From IMG/VR virus record IMGVR_UViG_3300028176_000002, positions 32,497 to 96,496 of that record: a stretch of DNA of 64,000 bases; one strand, 5' to 3'. This stretch comes from a virus. Positions 50,172 to 58,479 of this stretch are shown in pieces (position 1 is the stretch's first letter; each line of letters starts with the position of its first letter). The notes beneath the pieces were generated by a model. The model worked only from the letters and a program-made list of their open reading frames with translations. It searched no databases and had not been told where the DNA came from. Both the position numbers and the translations under genes were made by a program.

Positions 50172-51037
50172 CTATTTATGTAACCTATAACTTTCCCTTA
50201 ATTTTTTATTCTCGTTAAAATCTATTGCACAAATCAAATTGTTATCGTGGTCTTGCCATAATTTTTCTGTATCAAATAAATCTACACATTTATCGCATAA
50301 TTCCAAATCTCTATCTTGATTAAACCATTCTCCACATTCTAAACATTTACATCTAGCCATTTAATCCCTCGCTTTCTTATAATATTACTTCTGTTTCTAA
50401 ATTAAATTCTTTACCACCCATAAACCCCATAGCCCGATTCTTTTCGGTTTTAAAATATGGTTCATCTTCATAAATAAATGCTTGTCCTATATGCAAATCT
50501 TTAAATAATATCTTTTTCATTTCTCACTCTCCTTTATTCTCTGTTTCGCTTCTATATATATCGGAATCAACAATAATCTTAAATCCATTTCGCTATGATT
50601 AATTTCCCACCATACTTTTTCCTCGCCAACTTTCTCAATATCCCTAATCATACTCGATATAAGCATATTGTCTATTTGTTCATTCATACCCTCTGTTTCG
50701 TTCTTGATTTCTTCTTTTTCTTGGTCTGCCAAATAGTCTGCTGATTGTTCAAAAAGCATAGCCCCACCACATAATTCGCAATTATCATTTTCCATAAGTT
50801 CTGATTCCATAACTGCTTTTGTATATCCACAATGGCTACATTTTATTATCATTTAATTTCTCCTACTAATACCGGCTTATCTTCTTTTATAATATACTCG
50901 TCTATTACCACCTTTAGCCCGGTCAAAACAAACTCATTTCTCTTGTCCTCTGCCACTTCCAAACTTTGAGTATCTAAAATATGTATCTTCTTATGCTCTG
51001 ATTCTAAAACCAAACTCAATTCATACCAAGTATTCAT
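50172..51037 (-). CDS. Small hypothetical genes, two with Zn ribbons (50172-50360, 50517-50852, 50849-51037)
   Basis: CxxC pairs; co-oriented. Confidence 0.55.
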
Positions 51038-51280
51038 TTTAGTTCTCCTTTCTTGATAATAATTGTTCTTTCTTCTTCTAAAATCTTCAAAAATAAGGAT
51101 TCCGGCTTAGATTTTTCTTCTATTTCCGCCTTCACCTGCTTGAAAAAATTTTTTTCACGCAAAACACGGGTAAAATAAGAAAATAAAATTTCTGCGGGTC
51201 GGGCTAATAAATTAAAAATTTTCTTAATTTCGCCCTTCACCCCGCCAAAAAATAATAAAAATTTTTTAGTCTTCACCAAA

Positions 51281-51526
51281 TTAGAATTCATTTTCATTTT
51301 CCTCATTAACTTTCTTCATATAAGCCCGGCTACCTTTAGTTCCCTTTTCAACCTCAAACCTACTAGGCACATAATTGCCCCAATAATCCCTATGCCCCTT
51401 TAATCCAAGCATACAATAACCATTCTCTATCATATCCATAGCATATCTTCCTACACTACCCTCTAATCGCCAAGCATTACCATTATTGATTAACTTTTGG
51501 CACTCTCTTATCTCTGTTTTAGTCAT
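51281..51526 (-). CDS. 81-aa early protein, copy A
   Basis: LINNGNAWRLEGSVGRYAMDMIENGYC; AGGAG RBS. Confidence 0.75.
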   Translation of the reverse strand: MTKTEIRECQKLINNGNAWRLEGSVGRYAMDMIENGYCMLGLKGHRDYWGNYVPSRFEVEKGTKGSRAYMKKVNEENENEF

Positions 51527-51538
51527 TTAATACTCCTT
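51281..51538. repeat. ~255 bp direct repeat (partner at 56043-56300)
   Basis: Near-identical DNA, including the RBS. Confidence 0.9.
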
Positions 51539-52769
51539 TTTATATTCCAATGTTACTAAATAATATACCTGCCACCCGGTAAAATTCAAAGAATACTGCA
51601 TATACAAATACTCCTAACCCTAATAAAGCCAATAAGTAGCATAAAATAACCCCTAAAATAATAATTTTTTTCATACAACCTCCTGCTATTCAAAATTTTT
51701 GTAAATTTTGGCGTATACGCTGGGATATAAAAAATTTTTAATGGATACGCCCGATATAATTTTTAAAAAAATCATCTTGCCATCTAAAAAATTTTTTTGA
51801 GCATCTTTGTCCGGTAACATTAAAAAAATAGTATTTTTAGTCATTAAATACCTCTATTTCTGCTATCTCATTAAGGTTCTTAGTAAACCCGGTCTGTTCT
51901 GTATCATTTTCAAAAGCAATATAACCTCTATCATAACCATAATGAATTTCCGTTAATTTTTCGAATGTTTCTCTATCGCCATTGATTAAAGTAATAATTG
52001 CCCTCATTTTAATTCTCCTCTCTAATAGTTTTTAAACATTTCTCGCAAAAGTCTTTCTGTATATGGTTCTCGGGTTTCTCGCATTTGCAATATTGCTTAG
52101 GTTTCGCCCCCCAAATACTACCCCCGGTATTAAATATAGTATTTTGTTCTTTTAATTCCATTATACACCCCCAATTTTAATGTAATATAGGAATATGTTT
52201 TATATGCTCATTACATTCGCAATCTGTGGTAGTCGTGCATTTACATTTATCGCAATAATAACCCTCTACAAAATCCTCTCCACTTGAAAATGCTTGAGAT
52301 TCTGTTTTAAATATTCTATCGCTACATAAACTTAACCATACCTTTTTTAACATTTTCCACCCCCTATTATTTCATTCTTAAAGCTGAAAATTTCATTATC
52401 ATTGCCCCGATTTCTAAAATTATAGTTCCTATTCTGAAAAGTAATCTCATTTTATTCTCCTTATTCTTCTGTTTCAATTAAATTTACACATTTACCACAA
52501 TGCCCGATATACATTTCCGGGTATTCTACACAATTCTGACATAAAGAATATTGTAAATCATTCGCCAATTCTTCTGTGGTAACTTCTTCCTTATCTTCTA
52601 CTCCTAATTCCTTGATTATATCTGTCCTAGTCATTTGTTTCTCCTTTTAATTCCGCTTTTTCTATTCTACTTCTTATTCTGTATTCATAAAAAGCATTAT
52701 CTTTATCCATTTGTTCTCGTTTCATTTGCAATATTAATTTTTTCATTATATCCATTTTGTATCTCCTTT

Positions 52770-53369
52770 TTATATATAGAGTATTAACTCTTTCTGTTTC
52801 GTTTCTTTTCTTAAATAGTCCAATAGGAATTGCAACCCAACATTCGCTACAATTGAATTTCCTAATTGTATATTTTTTTCTAAAATATCTTCTTTTCTTT
52901 GACAAGAACCTTTTAAATTATTTTCGGTAGTCAAATTGATATACTTATTATCTATATCCAATTCCTTTGATGTTAAATAAGCAAAAATTGATTTCCCATT
53001 CGCCCTTAAATCTAATAAAGGTTTCCCGGATTCTAAAGCGATTAATCTTGTCGTATTATTATCCACACACAAAACTATCAAATCATACCCGGATAACTGC
53101 CCGGGATTCTCTATTTTGTCGTGGATTGCCTTATACCCGGTCAAATCTGACATTACATCTGCCTTATTCAACCCTAAATGCTCAATATCATAGGTTGTAT
53201 ATGATAAATTTTTCTCCTCTACTATATCCATATCGAATAAATCTATCCCCATAACATTGATTCTATCAAGCCCGGATATATCCTTTTTAATTAACTCGGA
53301 TAATCCCCGGGTAAAATAAGAGCCGATTCCCCCTTGCCCTACGATTGCGATTTTTAAATTATCTTTCAT
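52770..53369 (-). CDS. ThiF/MoeB/E1-like adenylating enzyme
   Basis: IVGQGGIG, DMDIVEEKNL, NKA, CVDN..R, GSCQ. Confidence 0.9.
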   Translation of the reverse strand: MKDNLKIAIVGQGGIGSYFTRGLSELIKKDISGLDRINVMGIDLFDMDIVEEKNLSYTTYDIEHLGLNKADVMSDLTGYKAIHDKIENPGQLSGYDLIVLCVDNNTTRLIALESGKPLLDLRANGKSIFAYLTSKELDIDNKYINLTTENNLKGSCQRKEDILEKNIQLGNSIVANVGLQFLLDYLRKETKQKELILYI

Positions 53370-53456
53370 TTTAAAATCTCCTTATAATTTTATAAAGCCG
53401 GGGTAGAGTTTTGTTTCTTTCGGTAAACCCTACCCATTCCCGGGTAATGGGATAGT

Positions 53457-53651
53457 TTAGCCACCAATTAAACTATCCGTAACTACAATTTCTCTAGGCA
53501 TTTCCGTAATTCCGTCTAAAGTAACCTCGCTGACAAAATTTCCGTCTGCGAAAACAAACTTGTCCTTTAGGTTCACTTTTTCTTTTAATTCTGCGATTGT
53601 TTCTACTGCTAATTCTGTATGCCCACTCTCGTCTAATACTATTACTTTCAT
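53457..53651 (-). CDS. Ubiquitin-like (beta-grasp) protein
   Basis: 64 aa, beta-beta-alpha-beta pattern, ends ...SLIGG*; directly upstream of the E1-like gene. Confidence 0.75.
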   Translation of the reverse strand: MKVIVLDESGHTELAVETIAELKEKVNLKDKFVFADGNFVSEVTLDGITEMPREIVVTDSLIGG

Positions 53652-53693
53652 TTTATCCCCCTTTCTAGTTAAGCCCTCTAATCTTTATAAGCA

Positions 53694-53722
53694 AGTATAA
53701 CATATTTTCCGGGCTTTGTCAA
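53694..53722 (-). promoter_or_regulatory. Sigma70-type early promoter
   Basis: TTGACA-17-TATACT with TG extension. Confidence 0.85.
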
Positions 53723-53741
53723 GCCCCGGATAAAATATATT

Positions 53742-53891
53742 TTAATCTAAACTTCCCCCGGCTAGAAAAAATGCCTTTCTATAAGCCACCCGGGTTTTCC
53801 AATTGTCTAAATTTTCTATCGCTGTCCAAATTACTTTACTGCCGGATTGTTCGATTTTTTCTTTCATTAAATCTAAATCAATTTCTTCCAT
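53742..53891 (-). CDS. 49-aa hypothetical protein
   Basis: Manual translation MEEIDLDLMKEKIEQSGSKVIWTAIE...; resembles the C-terminus of 50517-50852. Confidence 0.55.
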   Translation of the reverse strand: MEEIDLDLMKEKIEQSGSKVIWTAIENLDNWKTRVAYRKAFFLAGGSLD

Positions 53892-53904
53892 AATTTCCCC
53901 CTTT

Positions 53905-55566
53905 TTAATGTATCGTATATATCTGTTCTCTTAAATTTCCGTCATTTAACATACATATACAAAACTGCAATAATTTATCAAACTTACATAAGTATTTCCC
54001 CTCTTTAGTTTTCTCCTCGATACATACATAATCGTTTGCCGGAAAAGTCCAAACTCCGCAATTTTCTTCGTCTTTCATTTTTACCAAATAATTTTTTAAT
54101 TTTCCTTTAACAATATATCCACCCTCTTTTTTAAATACTCGGGTTTTATTCTTCTCTAAAAATTCATTGAATAAATTTTCGGCTCTTTCTTCTGCTAATC
54201 TTCGTTTTTCTACATATCCTTGAATCTTACCAATTAAAATATCCTCTAATATCTTCCCGGCTTTTAATGTATCACAAATCCCGGATATAGAACTTAATCC
54301 ACCACCTCGCAAATCATATGATAATGTTTTAATATCTTTATATCCTCTTTTTACTGAAAAAGTATCAATGTTTACTTGCCAATTTTCCTTATCTTCTGCG
54401 GTAAAATTAAAGTTTATAGGTATGCTCAACCCATTTAATTTAATCTCTATGGTCTTACCCTCTAACAATTCCAATTGTGTGCCGGAGAATAGCCGGATTT
54501 TCTCTAAATAGTCCTCTAAGTTCGTCAATCTATGTATTAAAGTATTTTTATCTGTGCCACTCCACCTACCACCCCGGATAAATTCTATTGCTTTTCGCAT
54601 TTTTTGAATAGGTATCTTTATTCCATTTATAGTAAATCTTGATTTTCCCTTATCATTAACTTTGTTTTCTATCCTTACTTCTTTTAAAAATACTTCTGCT
54701 TTTGTTTCCGGGTCATAAGAATAAACTTTAAATCTTAACCACTTTTTAGGTAAATTTTCTAATTGTTTTTCAATCGGTTCGTCATATTTTCCACATTGAT
54801 AACACCTCTCTAAATCATTTAAAAAATCTTCATATCCTATTTCGATAAATTTCCCGGAATATACGCTATCTCTGACTAATTGTTCTTTCTTAAAAATATT
54901 TACTACTTTATCCCGGAATTCAATTTTAAAACCACTATCTTTATCAATAAAATAATTATCCTTAATTATCGTTCCCTTATCTTCTAATATGGTCATTTTA
55001 TCATACTGCCGGATTAAAGATTCTAATTTTTCTTCTTCTTCATTACCTTTAATTTTCTCTTGCTTTTCTTGATTCTCGATTTCTTTTTCTTCTGCCTGTA
55101 TCTGTGCAATTCTATTTTTAATTTTAACTAAATCTTCATTGAAAATTAAACTACAATCTAATTTATCTATATCTGCAATCGCTTTTAAATTCATACCTAC
55201 CTTATCTTTATAGTTTTCAAAATTTATTATTTCTGTGTCGGTTATAATAAGGTCATTATAAAAATATAACTTTGATTTTTCGTGATTATAATAACCTTTG
55301 TTTTCGTCAAAAGTAACTGCTCTCCCGGTATCTAAATAATTATATATCGCTGATTCACTTGTAACCATATATAAGGTTCTTCCCATACAAAAAACCCGGG
55401 TATTCTGGTCATATTGAAAAACCTTTAATCTTAAACTATCGCTACTATCTTTTATATCCTCTTGCTTAAAAAAATCCGGCTCTAAAACTTCCTTACCTAA
55501 ATTTATTTTCTGCCATATCCTTAAATAAGTGGTTTCTGTGTTCTCTATCGTATATGTTCTAATCAT
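53905..55566 (-). CDS. 553-aa early protein with Cys-containing C-terminal domain
   Basis: Long ORF with its own promoter; C-terminus IVKGKLKNY...VCI...DKLL...LND. Confidence 0.75.
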   Translation of the reverse strand: MIRTYTIENTETTYLRIWQKINLGKEVLEPDFFKQEDIKDSSDSLRLKVFQYDQNTRVFCMGRTLYMVTSESAIYNYLDTGRAVTFDENKGYYNHEKSKLYFYNDLIITDTEIINFENYKDKVGMNLKAIADIDKLDCSLIFNEDLVKIKNRIAQIQAEEKEIENQEKQEKIKGNEEEEKLESLIRQYDKMTILEDKGTIIKDNYFIDKDSGFKIEFRDKVVNIFKKEQLVRDSVYSGKFIEIGYEDFLNDLERCYQCGKYDEPIEKQLENLPKKWLRFKVYSYDPETKAEVFLKEVRIENKVNDKGKSRFTINGIKIPIQKMRKAIEFIRGGRWSGTDKNTLIHRLTNLEDYLEKIRLFSGTQLELLEGKTIEIKLNGLSIPINFNFTAEDKENWQVNIDTFSVKRGYKDIKTLSYDLRGGGLSSISGICDTLKAGKILEDILIGKIQGYVEKRRLAEERAENLFNEFLEKNKTRVFKKEGGYIVKGKLKNYLVKMKDEENCGVWTFPANDYVCIEEKTKEGKYLCKFDKLLQFCICMLNDGNLREQIYTIH

Positions 55567-55593
55567 TTTTAAATCTCCTTTTGTTTATAGTTA

Positions 55594-55622
55594 AGTATAA
55601 CATTTTATTTTCCTTTTGTCAA
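55594..55622 (-). promoter_or_regulatory. Sigma70-type early promoter
   Basis: TTGACA-17-TATACT. Confidence 0.85.
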
Positions 55623-55895
55623 GCCCCGGGCTTTTAATTTTTTTAAGTGTATTTTTAGGTTCTCAATGCTGTGATTATATAACTTGATTCCGTATAGGCT
55701 ACATTCCGGGTCAAGTCTTAATATTTCGTCTACTAGGGGCTTTTTGGCTAGGTCTATCACTTCTTTTTCTGCAATCTGCCCCTTTAGGTCTTTAATTTCC
55801 CTTTTAATCTCTTTCCGGGCTTTACTCTTAGCCGGAAAGTCTTTAATTGATTTCCTTAGTCTTCTGATTTCCTTGCGGATTTCATTCTCGGTCAT
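55605..55895 (-). CDS. Basic helical hypothetical protein
   Basis: ORF with GAGG RBS. Confidence 0.6.
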   Translation of the reverse strand: MTENEIRKEIRRLRKSIKDFPAKSKARKEIKREIKDLKGQIAEKEVIDLAKKPLVDEILRLDPECSLYGIKLYNHSIENLKIHLKKLKARGLTKGK

Positions 55896-56042
55896 TCTAA
55901 CACCTCAATAGGTTTTACCAAAATATCCTTTACACCTCTTAACCTTAAATCATTTATATAGGTCAATGCTTGTCTATAACTCGCCCCGGATATATAAACT
56001 CTTTCTGCTTGAGTAACTCTCCAATTCTTTTTTAAATAAATT

Positions 56043-56288
56043 TTAGAATTCATTTTCATTTTCCTCATTAACTTTCTTCATATAATCCCGGCTACCTTTA
56101 GTTCCCTTTTCCACCTCAAACCTACTAGGCACATAACCACCATAAGCATTTCTTTGCCCCTTTAGTCCAAGCATACAATAGCCATTCTCTATCATATCCA
56201 TAGCATATCTTCCTACACTACCCTCTAATCGCCAAGCATTACCATTATTGATTAACTTTTGGCACTCTCTTATCTCTGTTTTAGTCAT
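56043..56288 (-). CDS. 81-aa early protein, copy B
   Basis: Paralogue of 51281-51526. Confidence 0.75.
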   Translation of the reverse strand: MTKTEIRECQKLINNGNAWRLEGSVGRYAMDMIENGYCMLGLKGQRNAYGGYVPSRFEVEKGTKGSRDYMKKVNEENENEF

Positions 56289-56391
56289 TTTATACTCCTT
56301 TAGTAATGTTATTCAAATCCCAAATCTTTATACAAGAAAACTCTCTTTCTGTAACTCTTTCTGCGATAAACAAATCACTTCCACAATCGCA

Positions 56392-56580
56392 TTATATCCC
56401 CCTTAATATAACCCCGGATTCACTTAAATATCCCCGGATTATCAAACTATTAACAAACTTCCCAAATCCTAAATCCCAAACCTTGCCGGATTTCAATAGG
56501 TAACTAAATAATTCTAACACCTCTTGCCCTCTTAAAGTTCCGGCTTTATACTTGTCAATGGATTCCAATTCGTTAATCAT
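56392..56580 (-). CDS. Small early protein (paralogue of 56926-57207)
   Basis: LFSYLLKSG..W.L......LI..GY.SESG.IL. Confidence 0.65.
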   Translation of the reverse strand: MINELESIDKYKAGTLRGQEVLELFSYLLKSGKVWDLGFGKFVNSLIIRGYLSESGVILRGI

Positions 56581-56680
56581 TATATACCCGTAATATATTG
56601 TTCCATTGATAAAGGTTCTAAATCTTGCCCGGCTCTTGATTCGTTCTCTACTGCTAACCCTCTGTAAATATTAGCTAAAA

Positions 56681-56929
56681 TTAAATCCCACATTTTACAC
56701 CCCCCTCGGTTAAAAATTCTAATTCATTCGTTAATGGATTAAATAATCTTTTTGTATAATGTTTTTCACTCCAATTTTTACCACTCTCGGCTACAATTAA
56801 AAATTTTCCGTCTTTTTGTTTATAAACCTTAAAACTTTTTAATGATTGCCCGGCAAACTTCATATTGTTTTTACTAAAAAAATAAGGTTCTGTTTCTTTA
56901 GTTCTTTCTTTTATCTCATATATGGTCAT
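56681..56929 (-). CDS. Small early hypothetical protein
   Basis: YFFSK..MKF.GQ motif; packed in the operon. Confidence 0.6.
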   Translation of the reverse strand: MTIYEIKERTKETEPYFFSKNNMKFAGQSLKSFKVYKQKDGKFLIVAESGKNWSEKHYTKRLFNPLTNELEFLTEGGVKCGI

Positions 56930-57207
56930 TTTTCCACCTCGTCAAATTCTTTTAAAATCTCCCCGGAATCTGATATATAGCCGGATTCTATTAAAGCCCT
57001 TGCGGTTCGCTGATAACTGCCTTGTAACCCGGCAATTATATTGCTTTTTACCAATTCACTAAATAAAACTAATATATCATTTTCCTTTAACTCCCCGGAT
57101 TCATAAGCGATTATATTCCCGGTAAAATCGTAAAACTTTGCTTTTTCTTTTTTCACTTTATCCCCCTTTTTTATCTTTCCTTTTATATCCATAATAAATA
57201 CTAACAT
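56926..57207 (-). CDS. Small early protein (likely GTG start 57156)
   Basis: YESGEL...LFSELVKS...LQGSYQRTARALIESGY. Confidence 0.65.
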   Translation of the reverse strand: MLVFIMDIKGKIKKGDKVKKEKAKFYDFTGNIIAYESGELKENDILVLFSELVKSNIIAGLQGSYQRTARALIESGYISDSGEILKEFDEVEK

Positions 57208-57226
57208 ATTTTCCGGGCTTTGTCAA
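57198..57226 (-). promoter_or_regulatory. Sigma70-type early promoter
   Basis: TTGACA-17-TAGTAT; 27 bp identical to the promoter region at 53700-53726. Confidence 0.7.
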
Positions 57227-57235
57227 GCCCTCTGT

Positions 57236-57475
57236 CTAAAATAATTTTATCCTTTTTTCCAAATTATACAAAGCCCATAATGGTTGTAAATTCGTGTAAT
57301 GAAAACATAGGGCTTGTTCTCCCGGCTCACTTAAATTAAAGGAATTACAGGGCTTTATATGGTCAATATGCCACTCGGTCAAGCCCTTGCCATTATCCCC
57401 CTTAACCCCAATATCTCCATTTACTTTTGCTTTATACATTTTTACCCCCTTTTTGATTACTCTTGCCGATTTCAT
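57236..57475 (-). pseudogene. Chimeric ORF carrying only the C-terminal fragment of the NLQPLW HNH family
   Basis: WHIDHIKPC...PGEQALCFHYTNLQPLWAL, closest to 42269-42841. Confidence 0.65.
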
Positions 57476-58478
57476 AGGATAACCGGCAACCCTTAACCCC
57501 TAAAATCTTTTTATCAATGTATTTTATATCCCGGAATAAACAAACTACCTTAAAGCCATTATTCCCGGATATTCCAAAATATCCCAATTTTTTAACATAT
57601 ACTAGAATTTCATTAAAATTTTTCCCGGAATCTTTTAAATTTTTCGGGTCTTTTTCAAAATCGTAAATCTTGCCCGGTTCGATTTCCGCAATATAAACAT
57701 ATTTCGCCCCGGCTAAAAAATTTTCCTTGCCCTTACCTATATAAAAAAAACTCCGGGCTAAATTCGATTCCCGGATTGATTCCTTAGTATAATGATTCTT
57801 GCCAAAATAACCCGGCTCAATTTTACCCTTAAAATCTTGATTGCTATAATGATATAATTTAATCTTTTTGGTATTATCCCCGGCATATAGCGAAAATGCC
57901 CGGGCTATTGCCGGGCTTAATACTTCCGGGCTATGCTCTAGGGCTATTGCCGGGCTTAATACTTCCGGGCTATGCTCTAGGGCTATTGCCGGGCTTAATA
58001 CTTCCGGGCTAGATTCGCCGGCAAAATCAAAAACTTTTTGCCCTTGCAAAATTTTATCCCTTGCGAAAGAATCACAATTTATTTCACGAGTTAAATTATC
58101 ATAACCCGTAAAATTTTCTTGATGTTTTAGTAAATAGTGCCCGATTTCGTGATATATAACAAACAAAAGATATTTTCTAATCCCTTTTATTTTTGCCGGG
58201 ATATATCTACCTTGTGGTAATAACCCGGGATTCTTATATATATTGATTATTTGTTTTATATTTATATCTAATTGCCAATCGTAATTTTCCGCCCGGCTTA
58301 TACTCCGCCGGCTCGATAATTTTGTATTATTATCCCCGGATTCATAATCGTATAATCTAACTTTTAAAATTTTAGGTAATTCTTTTTTATGTCTTAAAAT
58401 AAAATCGGTTATATACCTATATAATCGGGGATATTCTTTTTTTACTAGATTAGATTCTTTATTATTGAATTTTATCAT
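57432..58478 (-). CDS. Two-domain early protein: HExxH metallopeptidase-like plus possible ADP-ribosyltransferase-like domain
   Basis: HEIGH...E..CD.FA; repeat linker; LYHYS...SFFY...GYFG. Confidence 0.5.
   Translation of the reverse strand: MIKFNNKESNLVKKEYPRLYRYITDFILRHKKELPKILKVRLYDYESGDNNTKLSSRRSISRAENYDWQLDINIKQIINIYKNPGLLPQGRYIPAKIKGIRKYLLFVIYHEIGHYLLKHQENFTGYDNLTREINCDSFARDKILQGQKVFDFAGESSPEVLSPAIALEHSPEVLSPAIALEHSPEVLSPAIARAFSLYAGDNTKKIKLYHYSNQDFKGKIEPGYFGKNHYTKESIRESNLARSFFYIGKGKENFLAGAKYVYIAEIEPGKIYDFEKDPKNLKDSGKNFNEILVYVKKLGYFGISGNNGFKVVCLFRDIKYIDKKILGVKGCRLSYEIGKSNQKGGKNV
57902..58011. repeat. 39-bp tandem repeat, ~3 copies, in frame (SPEVLSPAIALEH)
   Basis: Unit gggctattgccgggcttaatacttccgggctatgctcta. 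Confidence 0.9.
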
Positions 58479-58479
58479 T

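Noticed and set aside
51281-56300. Duplicated 81-aa gene as a DGR template/variable repeat pair
   Set aside because: Differences are not confined to adenines in either copy (e.g. TAT/GCT, GGC/GGT), and no reverse transcriptase is visible in the window.
57902-58011. 39-bp repeats as a CRISPR array
   Set aside because: Head-to-tail copies without spacers, in frame within a gene; no cas genes.
2044-58104. Plus-strand ORFs in the left 59 kb (e.g. 26261-26587, 40130-40447, 48421-48813)
   Set aside because: Antisense shadows of well-supported minus-strand genes, with no recognisable motifs.
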